This document shows positions 19,201-27,685 of a stretch of 64,000 nucleotides of DNA, one piece after another. Numbering within the stretch: the first letter of the stretch is position 1; each line of letters begins with the position of its first letter. The stretch comes from a virus (Duplodnaviria > Caudoviricetes). Position numbers and translations under genes: made by a program. Location of the stretch: the IMG/VR virus record IMGVR_UViG_3300033076_000375, positions 96,001 to 160,000 of that record. One strand, 5' to 3'. The notes under the pieces are model-generated. The model made no database searches, was not told the DNA's origin, and saw only the letters and a list, made by a program, of their open reading frames with translations.

Positions 19201-20508
19201 TCAGATAATTTAAAATTATCAGGTGGCACTGCAAACTATGTGTTGTCAACTGATGGGACTGGAAACTTATCTTGGGTTCAACAAGCCGCAGGTGGAACAT
19301 CAGAGTATACAGTAACGTCAGTAGATGCTTTTACTGGTAACGGGATCGATACTGTATTCACATTAAGTGTTGCTCCCCAGAATATTAATCAAACATTCAT
19401 CAACTATAATGGTGCCTTGCAGTTGCGTAGTTCATACACATTGTCTGGTCAAGATATTACATTTAGTGAAGCTCCTGCAAACGGGTCAGTAATTGAAATT
19501 ACTACACAAATGGGTGTAACATCTGGCTCTGGTAGTTTGACTGTTAGAAATTACACAGCGACCGGATCGCAAACCGATTTTGCAGTATCTGCTGGCGTTA
19601 ACGCTACGAATATACTAGTTACTGAAAACGGATTACTACAAACTCCTGCAGTCGATTATACTGTCACTGGCTCAACATTAACATTCACTACTGCTCCGGG
19701 TAACGGAGTAAAAGTTCAAATTCGTGAATTGGGTGTTGCAGTAGCAACTATCACACCCGCGGGTGCAAACACACAGGTATTGTTCAATGATGCAGGATCG
19801 TTTGGTAATAGTTCAAATTTTACTTTTAACAAAACTACTAACACGTTATCCGTGTCTAATTTATCTGTTACAGGTAACATTATTCCCACAGCTAACGTAA
19901 CGTATGATTTGGGTACCCCCACAAATAGATTCAAAGACTTATATCTATCAGGTACTACTATTGATTTGGGTGGTGCAACGATGACAACTGATGCAACAAC
20001 TGGTACGATTGCACTAGTTGCAGCCCCTTCAGTAACAAATCCAAATCCAACGGCGTTGGTAATTACTTCTTCGGGTGCGACATTGGCTGCAAATACAACC
20101 GGTGGAAATATTAACTTTGCTGAAGTTGCAAACACACTCGCTAACACAACTGGGTTTAGTGGAAGCTATAATGATTTGACCAATAAACCTAGTAAGTTTA
20201 TTACAATAGCTCAACCCGGTAATATTACAACTCCGTTCGCCGGGGTTTCACGATGCTATCCAACTACAAATATCGTCATCACAAATGTTTATGCTAGTCT
20301 AGGAACGCCTGCGAGTGACTCCTTTAGCTTTGAATTGTTGAAGAATAATACTAGTGTAGGTACATATAGCTTCAGTTCTGGTAGTTACAGAATGACTACT
20401 ACTAGCGCCAACATTTCAGTTACGACTAGTGACTATTTGACACTAAATGTAACCGCAGGCACAGGTGCGACTGACTTGAAAGTTGATTTTGAATACATGT
20501 CGCAGTGA
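16291..20508 (+). CDS. Long fibre protein (1405 aa) with 14-aa repeats and a type-D C-terminal domain
   Basis: LVDAAPATLNTLNELAAALGDDANFATT phage tail-fibre motif; LFDGTYANLTGKP repeats; P.EGDLWLDSDTG module; two F.G.G..F.L beta-sandwich modules. Confidence 0.85.
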   Translation: MASPITVIKSRGIDTTGDYVVNSISSTGNVSAGNIKSDHLLYANGTPYAFTSNAAGTNTQVQFNDANNFAGSANLTFNKTTGTLTANFFVGDGSQLTGLPASYTDTNANSAIDARVTKSFIDNLNVDADTLDGLSSLDFATAAQGTKADTALQAADLSGYATESYVGNAVANLVNSAPALLDTLGELANAIGNDASFTTTITNQLANKADTADLSTVALTGNYADLNNKPTLFDGTYANLTGKPSLFDGEYASLANKPTLFSGSYLDLTNTPTLFDGTYANLTGKPSFATVATSGSYTDLIDKPSLFDGEYASLANKPALFDGTYANLTGLPTLFDGEYSSLANKPSLFDGTYANLTGKPTLGTAAATDANAYATAAQGTKADTALQSADLAGYATETYVTNAIANIPNPASVTVSSTAPASPIEGDLWLDSDTGEMSIYFGNAWVAPTTSVSTALTVTANAQPNITSVGTLTGLTVDGNVTANYFIGNGSQLTGMYSNTNANAAIDARVTKSFVDNLSVVANVANVAYSVSGSNVSGQVSNALVAGTVYTNAQPNITSVGTLTGLTVTGLLTATGTGVKTANIVDTSGTIAISTRYNNVPGAIGIANDLTAPGNITANYFIGDGSQLTGLPVSYTDTNANAAIDARVTKTFVDNLGVNASTLNGHSDTYFATSTQGSLADSAVQPGDLATVATSGSYNDLLNTPTLFDGTYANLTGKPTLFDGEYASLANKPALFDGTYANLTGKPTLGTAAATNANAYATAAQGLLADSAIQSGANISVFTNDSGYLVAANLSGYATETYVGTQISNLVDAAPATLNTLNELAAALGDDANFATTIANSIGNKLSTSDFTTTADTWLGTKSTTDLAEGTNLYYTTTRANSAIDARVTKTFVDNLSVVANVANVAYSVAVANVSGIGNIATLNLNGNASTILYGNGTFAAAPVTYNDSNVATYLPNYTGNLTPGNIIISSDNLKLSGGTANYVLSTDGTGNLSWVQQAAGGTSEYTVTSVDAFTGNGIDTVFTLSVAPQNINQTFINYNGALQLRSSYTLSGQDITFSEAPANGSVIEITTQMGVTSGSGSLTVRNYTATGSQTDFAVSAGVNATNILVTENGLLQTPAVDYTVTGSTLTFTTAPGNGVKVQIRELGVAVATITPAGANTQVLFNDAGSFGNSSNFTFNKTTNTLSVSNLSVTGNIIPTANVTYDLGTPTNRFKDLYLSGTTIDLGGATMTTDATTGTIALVAAPSVTNPNPTALVITSSGATLAANTTGGNINFAEVANTLANTTGFSGSYNDLTNKPSKFITIAQPGNITTPFAGVSRCYPTTNIVITNVYASLGTPASDSFSFELLKNNTSVGTYSFSSGSYRMTTTSANISVTTSDYLTLNVTAGTGATDLKVDFEYMSQ
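16951..17370 (+). repeat. Degenerate 42-bp (14-aa) tandem repeat, 10 units; a second array of 4 units at about 18370-18530
   Basis: Units xLFDG[T/E]Y[A/S][N/S]L[T/A][G/N]KP read directly from the translation and visible in the DNA. Confidence 0.9.
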
Positions 20509-20514
20509 TAAATA
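20506..20514 (+). promoter_or_regulatory. T4-late-like promoter TGATAAATA
   Basis: Overlaps the upstream stop codon; 18 nt before ATG 20533, the same spacing as the GACTAAATA sites. Confidence 0.6.
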
Positions 20515-20532
20515 TTATATAAAAAGAAACAC

Positions 20533-20829
20533 ATGAAACCGGAACTATTACAACAACTATTTGGTATAGAAACTGCAAAAGTTTATATTTTCGACGGATC
20601 TATCCCGGACGATTCTATTTTCACCTCATACGTGACCGAAGAGTTTGCTAAAGCCGCAGGTACAAACCTAATAAATTGTATTGTTTCTTCTGTTCAGGGG
20701 ATTACTGTAGTCTATACACAGGATAATATTCAGGTAGAAGAAGGACAATTTAGATTGTATATTGATTTACCGTTACCAGAGCCTCTAGAAGTTCCTGAAG
20801 AAGTAGTAGAACCCCAAGGACCTCAATAA
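20533..20829 (+). CDS. Small acidic protein (type-D cassette; possible chaperone)
   Basis: 98 aa with an acidic P/E-rich tail; counterpart of 10281-10562. Confidence 0.7.
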   Translation: MKPELLQQLFGIETAKVYIFDGSIPDDSIFTSYVTEEFAKAAGTNLINCIVSSVQGITVVYTQDNIQVEEGQFRLYIDLPLPEPLEVPEEVVEPQGPQ

Positions 20830-20830
20830 T

Positions 20831-21649
20831 ATGTTAATTAAATATAGAATGTTACCCGGCATAACTGTCGCTCAGTTCACGGCTGATATAGTTGGTCTCA
20901 TCGATGGCTCAATTACTGCAACCAGCGGGTTAAGTGCCGGTGCTGACAAAACAAATTCAGTAATCTCAGGCACATACCCTGCAGGTACGTATACTAAAGT
21001 AGGTGCAAGTACAAACACGTTCAGTAAAGTACACAGTATAGACAATACGTATACTCACTATTTCAGAATGACCTTTGACAGCACTAAAATGACTACATTT
21101 AGTGTGGCACAATCTTACACATCAGGCACAGATACATTAGTTAATAGTGTAGCTTATACAGTTAACGTTACACCAAATCCATATCTATCGGCTGCACAAA
21201 TACCGTCAGGTTTAAATATTGTTATTACTAGCAAGAACGTATGGATTTCAAGCATCACTAGTGGTATATCATTTGGATTGTTTGATTTAGGTGCGAATGG
21301 TATTACGTCAACATACACTAATAATATGAAAATGGCATACATTAACACAACCACTGCTACATATGGTATTCCATATGCGTATTCATTGTTGGGAAGTTCG
21401 AGTGCATACACCGCAATTACTGGTAACTTGACTGACATTACAGCGCCTACCCTAGTGTCAAACATTTCTGGAACAGCAATGATTATCGAGAACCCTACAT
21501 TTGTGTCTAACATAAATCAAGGGTATGCGGGCTATGGCGTATATAATTTGTTCAAGTTAAGCAATACAACGATAGCACCGGATAGTATATACAATACTTC
21601 AGGTGTTTCTAGAATCACAGCGGTAAATTACGCAGTAGTAACGGAGTAA
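20831..21649 (+). CDS. Putative fibre-tip subunit (type-D cassette)
   Basis: N-terminus MLIKYRM..IVGLIDG..TATSGLS resembles 10562 and 11809; ends YAVVTE. Confidence 0.7.
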   Translation: MLIKYRMLPGITVAQFTADIVGLIDGSITATSGLSAGADKTNSVISGTYPAGTYTKVGASTNTFSKVHSIDNTYTHYFRMTFDSTKMTTFSVAQSYTSGTDTLVNSVAYTVNVTPNPYLSAAQIPSGLNIVITSKNVWISSITSGISFGLFDLGANGITSTYTNNMKMAYINTTTATYGIPYAYSLLGSSSAYTAITGNLTDITAPTLVSNISGTAMIIENPTFVSNINQGYAGYGVYNLFKLSNTTIAPDSIYNTSGVSRITAVNYAVVTE

Positions 21650-21652
21650 ACA

Positions 21653-22879
21653 ATGTTAGTATCAATCAACCCATCAGTAGGAGGTGTCAGTACTGACGCT
21701 CAAACTAGATTTTTTAATTTCATGTGCGCCTTGCATTCAGTTGCAACGTGTGCAGCCGGAGGGACTCCCACCGCGGTGAATCCAACGAATACAAGCGGGA
21801 CAAAAAATACAAGTTATAATTGTATTACTGTTCTTAGTAATACAGAAGCAGGTGGATGGACTGCTGGTACAAGTAACAACGTTACAGCAGCCACAGCATA
21901 TAATGCTTCTGCCGCAAGTTTAGTAGTTGACTTATATTCATCATCAGGTAAATCTTCGGTACCATACCTAAGACAAACATTTGGTAATTTTTCTTATGCT
22001 TTTAGTAGCGGATCTTTTACCTCATATCCTCAATTACAATGGTATCAAGGTCATACATCAAATAATCCAGCAAGTACTGTGTATTCTAGTGACACTAACT
22101 TTTATAATGGAACTACATCTGTTGTTCGCCCCACTGGTTCTTGGACGAGTGACCCGAATCAATATCCTATAACTGTATCAAACAACGGTGATACTATATA
22201 TCTTGCTGTAACTGCAAACTATCTAATTATTGTAACACCTAAGGGCATGTGTTATTTTGGCTTGCGTACTCAAGCCGGATGGGAAACAGCACGTACTGAT
22301 AATCCACCTTGGTGTGCATTTTGTTTTAATGAAGGTAATGTTGGTTTTATGGCGACAAACTCTCCCCATACTGACTACATTTATGCGTGGATGGCAGGTA
22401 TTAACCAGGCAGGTACTCAGTTAGCTCCTGCTAAACGCGGCAGCGTTAATGATTACGCTTACTCAGCCCATTCGGTTACTGGTCAAGGTATTAATGGCGG
22501 TAATTTGAATGAATGGAATAACACTTCGACAACTATCCGACCTTTATTTCAATTAGCGTATCCAGCAGGAAGTTACGGTGCAAGTATTAACAGCGGATAC
22601 AATTGGTCACCCGACGCACCTATAACAGATCCTGTAACAGGATTAACAGTTCCTCCTGCTTGGCCAATCATATATTCTTATGCTGCAGGATCCAGTGCTG
22701 CCGCTACATATACATGCTCTGGTCAAATACCAGGCATCCTTAAGGGTATGTCACATTTTTCTGCCGGTCTTACTTACTTTGCAAACGCCACTGAATATGT
22801 AATCAGTGGTACTAGTTATGTTCCGGTTTTAACTGGTGGCACAACATACCCTGACTTGTTCTTACTAAGAAAAGCATAA
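21653..22879 (+). CDS. Putative fibre-tip subunit (type-D cassette)
   Basis: 408 aa, rich in S/T/G/N and aromatics; C-terminal EYVISGTSYVPV..LFLLRKA echoes the 10562/11809 C-termini. Confidence 0.7.
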   Translation: MLVSINPSVGGVSTDAQTRFFNFMCALHSVATCAAGGTPTAVNPTNTSGTKNTSYNCITVLSNTEAGGWTAGTSNNVTAATAYNASAASLVVDLYSSSGKSSVPYLRQTFGNFSYAFSSGSFTSYPQLQWYQGHTSNNPASTVYSSDTNFYNGTTSVVRPTGSWTSDPNQYPITVSNNGDTIYLAVTANYLIIVTPKGMCYFGLRTQAGWETARTDNPPWCAFCFNEGNVGFMATNSPHTDYIYAWMAGINQAGTQLAPAKRGSVNDYAYSAHSVTGQGINGGNLNEWNNTSTTIRPLFQLAYPAGSYGASINSGYNWSPDAPITDPVTGLTVPPAWPIIYSYAAGSSAAATYTCSGQIPGILKGMSHFSAGLTYFANATEYVISGTSYVPVLTGGTTYPDLFLLRKA

Positions 22880-22882
22880 GAT

Positions 22883-23137
22883 ATGGCAATTGCAAACACA
22901 ACAGTATTCGGTGGATTTGTTTCTTCTACAGTAGTGGGAATTAGTCCAACGTCCACTCAACTGGTAAGTTTGCAGTCAGCTAATATATTACAGTCAACTA
23001 TTAATGGTCAAACGCTCGGAGGCGTGTACATACCAGGAGTTACTGGAACTAATAGACTAAGCACATTTATCAAAACAGCCGAAGATCCTGTTACAAGTGG
23101 GACAGCCGTGCCTACCCAAACATGGTATATGGCATAA
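22883..23137 (+). CDS. 84-aa protein weakly similar to the C-terminus of 13418-16258
   Basis: LQSANILQSTI vs LQSNTILPYTTI; terminal TQTWYMA vs REYWI. Confidence 0.65.
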   Translation: MAIANTTVFGGFVSSTVVGISPTSTQLVSLQSANILQSTINGQTLGGVYIPGVTGTNRLSTFIKTAEDPVTSGTAVPTQTWYMA

Positions 23138-23155
23138 ATTTTTAAGGAGAAAGAA

Positions 23156-23515
23156 ATGTCACATTTCGCACAAATAGATGAAAACAACATCGTAACAAAT
23201 GTTATCGTAGCAGAGCAGGATTTTATTGATTCTGGCGCTGTTGGTGATCCATCTAAGTGGATCCAAACAAGTTATAACACTCAAGCAGGTGAGCATAAAT
23301 TAGGTGGAACACCATTACGCAAAAACTATGCAGGTATCGGATATACGTATGATAGTCAACGTGATGCGTTTATCCCACCGTGTCCATTCGCAAGTTGGGT
23401 ATTGAATGAAACTACATGTCAATATGAAGCACCTGTTCCAATGCCAGACGATGGAAAAATCTATGTTTGGAATGAAACAACAACTTCATGGGATGAAGTA
23501 ACACAACCTGTGTAA
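23156..23515 (+). CDS. Conserved phage protein, putative tail-fibre assembly chaperone
   Basis: Strong SD TAAGGAG; MSHFAQIDENNIV, WIQTSYN, RKNYAGIGYTYD, DAFIPP and Y.WNE..W motifs. Confidence 0.7.
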   Translation: MSHFAQIDENNIVTNVIVAEQDFIDSGAVGDPSKWIQTSYNTQAGEHKLGGTPLRKNYAGIGYTYDSQRDAFIPPCPFASWVLNETTCQYEAPVPMPDDGKIYVWNETTTSWDEVTQPV

Positions 23516-23521
23516 TAATAT

Positions 23522-23752
23522 ATGACCACTAAAGTTACAAATCTAAACATTGATACTACCACATTAACATCAGTTGGTACACTAACCAGCCTATCTGTTT
23601 CAGGTAATGTAACTTTAGGTACAGTTAGTAATGTTCACATTAATGGCGGAACTAATGGGCAGTATTTAACAACAGATGGCTCGGGAAATTTAAGTTTTGC
23701 AACTGTTACAGTTCCGGACCCACTAAGTCCATTCTTATTAATGGGCGCATAA
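23522..23752 (+). CDS. Mini-fibre (76 aa) with type-A C-terminal peptide
   Basis: TSVGTLTSL and GQYLTTDGSGNLSF shaft repeats; ends PDPLSPFLLMGA. Confidence 0.8.
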   Translation: MTTKVTNLNIDTTTLTSVGTLTSLSVSGNVTLGTVSNVHINGGTNGQYLTTDGSGNLSFATVTVPDPLSPFLLMGA

Positions 23753-23761
23753 GGAATCAAC

Positions 23762-24091
23762 ATGGCAAACACTTATAAAGTATTGGGGCAATCAAACCCT
23801 CTAGCTACAACAAATACAACGTTATACACAGTTCCATCAGCGACCAGCTCGGTATGCTCTACTATTACTATTTGTAACCAAGCAGCTACTTCTGCAACAT
23901 TTAGAATTGCAGTAAGACCTGCAGGCGCAACACTAGAAGCAAAACACTATGTTGCGTATGATACAAGTATCCCTGCAAATGATGTATTAACAATGACAAT
24001 TGGTGTCACGTTAGCAACAACAGATGTTGTAACTGTATATGCAAGTACTGCAACGTTGAGTTTCAACTTATTTGGTTCAGAGATTACATAA
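23762..24091 (+). CDS. Type-A adaptor (109 aa)
   Basis: YKVLGQ.NP..TTLYTVPSATS..FR.AVRPAGATL..TLATTDVVTVYA..FG.EI; close paralog of 25530-25859. Confidence 0.85.
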   Translation: MANTYKVLGQSNPLATTNTTLYTVPSATSSVCSTITICNQAATSATFRIAVRPAGATLEAKHYVAYDTSIPANDVLTMTIGVTLATTDVVTVYASTATLSFNLFGSEIT

Positions 24092-25029
24092 TGGCTTTCA
24101 AGCGTGCCTCAACTAGTTCAATCAAAGTCGAATCTGCAACTGTAGCAGTTTCCGGAACAGGTGGTACACCTACCCCACCGACACAAACTGCAACATGTGA
24201 GTATTTACTTGTAGCAGGTGGAGGATCTGGTGGTGTAGGTACAGTAGGTAGTACTGGTTCCGGAGGTGGCGGCGGCGCCGGTGGATTATTAACGGGAACT
24301 CTTTCTAATTTATCAGGGGCGACTATTACAGTAACACTAGGAGCCGGGGGTTCAAGTGCGAACGGAAGTGATTCTACTTTAACAAGTACAGCATTTTCTA
24401 CAGTAACAGCTACGGGTGGCGGAAAAGGTGGTAATAGAACACTAGGTGGTTCAAATGGTGGTTCAGGTGGCGGCGGTGGTAGCGGCGCAACTTCGCCCGG
24501 CACAGGCGTAGCAGGTCAAGGATATGCAGGCGGCTCTAAATCCGCTTCTTCACTCGGTGGCGCAGGCGGCGGGGGAGCAGGAGCTACCGGAGGTGGAATT
24601 GGAACTTTGCATTATTCTTCAAATGGTGGAATAGGAGTATCATCGTCTATCACAGGTGTCCCTACATATTATGCAGGTGGTGGCGCCGGCGGACAATATT
24701 CAACGTATAACATGAGCTTAGGTGGCTTAGGTGGAGGAGGAATGGGTACGCATAGTGGAACATCAAATCAGATTGATGTTAGTAGTATCACACTAGGTCA
24801 ACCAAATTCGGGTGGCGGTGGCGGCGGTGGCAGTTATGTATCAACTTCTGCTATCACTCAACCTGGCACTGGTGGCTCCGGCGTATGTGTTATTAGAACA
24901 TTATTATCCGATGGTACTGTAACTTACAGTCAACCAACCTCAACAGCTTCATATGAATATACAATAACTATTACAGGTTCAAGATATAGAGTTTATATCT
25001 TTAACTCATCAGGAACAATAACGTTCTAA
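24091..25029 (+). CDS. Glycine-rich (polyglycine) adhesin-like protein, one domain
   Basis: YLLVAGGG..GGGGAGG..YYAGGG..GGSGVCVIR; TAATG coupling to the adaptor. Confidence 0.85.
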   Translation: MAFKRASTSSIKVESATVAVSGTGGTPTPPTQTATCEYLLVAGGGSGGVGTVGSTGSGGGGGAGGLLTGTLSNLSGATITVTLGAGGSSANGSDSTLTSTAFSTVTATGGGKGGNRTLGGSNGGSGGGGGSGATSPGTGVAGQGYAGGSKSASSLGGAGGGGAGATGGGIGTLHYSSNGGIGVSSSITGVPTYYAGGGAGGQYSTYNMSLGGLGGGGMGTHSGTSNQIDVSSITLGQPNSGGGGGGGSYVSTSAITQPGTGGSGVCVIRTLLSDGTVTYSQPTSTASYEYTITITGSRYRVYIFNSSGTITF

Positions 25030-25035
25030 TAAATA
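25027..25035 (+). promoter_or_regulatory. Late-like promoter TAATAAATA, probably giving a leaderless mRNA
   Basis: Ends 4 nt before ATG 25040; no SD present. Confidence 0.45.
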
Positions 25036-25039
25036 TATT

Positions 25040-25528
25040 ATGACCACTAAAGCATCCCCATTACTAATCGACACTGGTAATATAACATCAGTTGGTACTC
25101 TTACTAGTTTAACTGTAACCGGTAATATTACCTCTGGTAACGCAACCTTAGGTAATTTAACTTCATCTAACTACTTCAGTGGGGACGGATCATTATTAAC
25201 TAGTTTAACCGGTGCAAACGTCATTGGTGAAGTTGGATACGCAGCAGTAGCTAACTCAGTAGCAGGTGCAAACGTTAGCGGCACTGTATCTAGCGCAACA
25301 ACTGCCGGCACAGTAACAACCGCAGCCCAACCAAATATTACTAGTACTGGAACACTTACATCAATAACTGTCTCCGGTACATCAACTTTGGGAGCAGTGG
25401 GTAATGTAAAGATTACAGGCGGAACTACCGGACAATATGTGACAACAGATGGCACTGGCAATCTATCGTTTACAACAGTTAGTGTACCAACACAACCACC
25501 TCATCCTTTCTTGTTTATAGGAATTTAA
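25040..25528 (+). CDS. Short fibre (162 aa) with type-A C-terminal peptide
   Basis: MTTK start like 23522, with extra shaft repeats; ends PPHPFLFIGI. Confidence 0.8.
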   Translation: MTTKASPLLIDTGNITSVGTLTSLTVTGNITSGNATLGNLTSSNYFSGDGSLLTSLTGANVIGEVGYAAVANSVAGANVSGTVSSATTAGTVTTAAQPNITSTGTLTSITVSGTSTLGAVGNVKITGGTTGQYVTTDGTGNLSFTTVSVPTQPPHPFLFIGI

Positions 25529-25529
25529 T

Positions 25530-25859
25530 ATGGGAACAATTTATAAAGTCTTAGGTCAAACAAACCCAGCGGCTACGACAGCAACAACATTATATACAGT
25601 ACCTTCGGCTACTAGTGCAATCGCATCTACACTGAATGTATGCAACTTGGGTAATACTGCATCTACTTTTCGTGTTGCAGTTAGACCAGCAGGTGCAACA
25701 CTAGCCAACGTTCACTATCTAACATATGATACGAATTTACCTGCCAACGATAGCATCGGTATGACATTGGGAATCACACTTGCTACAACAGATGTAGTAA
25801 CTGTATATGCTAACACAACTAACGTAACTTTTAGTCTCTTCGGCACGGAGATAAGTTAA
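25530..25859 (+). CDS. Type-A adaptor (109 aa)
   Basis: Same length and motifs as 23762-24091. Confidence 0.85.
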   Translation: MGTIYKVLGQTNPAATTATTLYTVPSATSAIASTLNVCNLGNTASTFRVAVRPAGATLANVHYLTYDTNLPANDSIGMTLGITLATTDVVTVYANTTNVTFSLFGTEIS

Positions 25860-27652
25860 TGGGTTACGCACGTAATGGTGCTCAAGCACTATCTGCATCA
25901 ACAACTAATCCTTCAGTTGGCGCTGCGATCCCGTGGATCTCTGCTACAGGTGGAACAATAACTACCAGTGGGCAATATACAGTTCATACTTTTACTACTT
26001 CAGGGTCTTTTATAGTTGCTGGTGCAGGTACAGTTGACATTTTAATTGTAGGCGGCGGCGGCGGTGGCGCCCTTGCAGGTGGCGGCGCAGGTGGAGTAGT
26101 CTACATTCCTTCATATAACATTACAACTCCCGGAACATATACAGTAACAGTCGGCGCTGGTGCAGGCGGTCAGGCACCTGATTCTGCTAGTGACACGAGT
26201 TCAGGATCGCAATCGAGTATAGTAGGTACTAACGTAAACTTATACGCAATGGGCGGCGGCGGTGGCGCAATATATAATCCTCAATTTGGATACGGTCGCG
26301 GACGTTCAGGTGGTTCAGGCGGCGGCGGAACATTTAACAGTGGCACTGGATGGAACTATGAATATGGATTGGGTGTTCCTGGACAAGGAAACAACGGAGG
26401 CTCAGGTGGAAGTGGATTTGGTTGTGGCGGTGGTGGCGGTGCTACTGCTGTAGGTGGAAGCGGTGGCGGCAGTGGGGGCGCGGGGGGCGCCGGGTTTCAA
26501 ACAAGCATTACGGGAAGTTCATTATACTTTGGTGGAGGCGGCGGCGGTGGCTCTAATACAGGAGGTAGAACAGGTGGCAATGGCGGAATCGGCGGCGGCG
26601 GTGGCGCAGGCAGTCAAACAGCCGGCACCGGCGGCGGCTCCGCATTAAACTCAGGTGGAAACGGCACTAATAATGGTGTTGGTGGTAACGGAGGCACTAA
26701 TACCGGTGGTGGAGGTGGCGGCGGATACTATTATTCTTCTTCTAGTTATAACTTTTCAGGCGGTTCAGGTGGATCCGGTGTTGTAATCATTAGATATGTA
26801 ACAGCTTCTTCTTTCATTTCTGCCACTGGAGGTACAGTTACAACGTCGGGTAATTATAAAATTCACGCTTTTTATAGTTCAGGCACATTCACTCCTACAT
26901 ACATTCCAGCGAATGCAACATTTGATATATTGATAGTAGCAGGCGGTGGTGGAGGTGGTACATATGGATATAACAATCCATTTGGAGGAGGTGCTGGCGG
27001 ATTGCTACAGTACCCTAACTTTAAATTAAACACTGAAACATACACAGTTACAATTGGTGGCGGTGGTGCTGGTTGTACGAGTACGACAAGTAGACCCTTT
27101 CCGGGAAATAACACTACTATAGCAGGAAGTTCATACACGTTGACTTGCCAAGGCGGCGGCGCAGGATGGTGGTATCAATCCGGTGTAATATCAACTGTTG
27201 CTGGCGGTTCTGGCGGTGGCATTAGATCCGGTGAACAGTTCGGTGGAAGTATTACTGGAGTGCAATTCTCTTCCCCGTATGTTGCAGGTCAAGGTAATGC
27301 TGGTGGAACATCAACAGGTCAGGGTGGCGCTGGAGGTGGCGGAGCAGGCGGAGCAGGAGCATCAACAACTGGAGTTAACGGAGGTAATGGTGGCATAGGA
27401 GTTCAAAATAGTTATTTAGGAACTACATATTACTTTGCTGGTGGTGGCGGTGGTGATGGTGCTGTCAGCGGCAACGGAGGAGCCGGAGGCGGCGGCGGTG
27501 GCGGATACGGCAGCGGCACTGGAGGGTCAGGGTTAAACGCTGGTGGAGTACCAAATGGTGGTACAAATACCGGTGGCGGTGGTGGTTCAAACTTCACAAA
27601 TGGTGGCTCAGGTGGCTCGGGAATAGTAGTTATTCGATATCTGTATCAATAA
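25859..27652 (+). CDS. Glycine-rich adhesin-like protein, two domains
   Basis: Two copies of ISATGGT..Y..H.F..SG.F..DILIV.GGG..GGSG.V.IRY. Confidence 0.85.
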   Translation: MGYARNGAQALSASTTNPSVGAAIPWISATGGTITTSGQYTVHTFTTSGSFIVAGAGTVDILIVGGGGGGALAGGGAGGVVYIPSYNITTPGTYTVTVGAGAGGQAPDSASDTSSGSQSSIVGTNVNLYAMGGGGGAIYNPQFGYGRGRSGGSGGGGTFNSGTGWNYEYGLGVPGQGNNGGSGGSGFGCGGGGGATAVGGSGGGSGGAGGAGFQTSITGSSLYFGGGGGGGSNTGGRTGGNGGIGGGGGAGSQTAGTGGGSALNSGGNGTNNGVGGNGGTNTGGGGGGGYYYSSSSYNFSGGSGGSGVVIIRYVTASSFISATGGTVTTSGNYKIHAFYSSGTFTPTYIPANATFDILIVAGGGGGGTYGYNNPFGGGAGGLLQYPNFKLNTETYTVTIGGGGAGCTSTTSRPFPGNNTTIAGSSYTLTCQGGGAGWWYQSGVISTVAGGSGGGIRSGEQFGGSITGVQFSSPYVAGQGNAGGTSTGQGGAGGGGAGGAGASTTGVNGGNGGIGVQNSYLGTTYYFAGGGGGDGAVSGNGGAGGGGGGGYGSGTGGSGLNAGGVPNGGTNTGGGGGSNFTNGGSGGSGIVVIRYLYQ

Positions 27653-27658
27653 CAGTTA

Positions 27659-27667
27659 GACTAAATA
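27659..27667 (+). promoter_or_regulatory. T4-late-like promoter GACTAAATA
   Basis: Intergenic; +6 nt AAGG; 18 nt before the ATG. Confidence 0.7.
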
Positions 27668-27685
27668 CATAATAAGGTTTTTATT

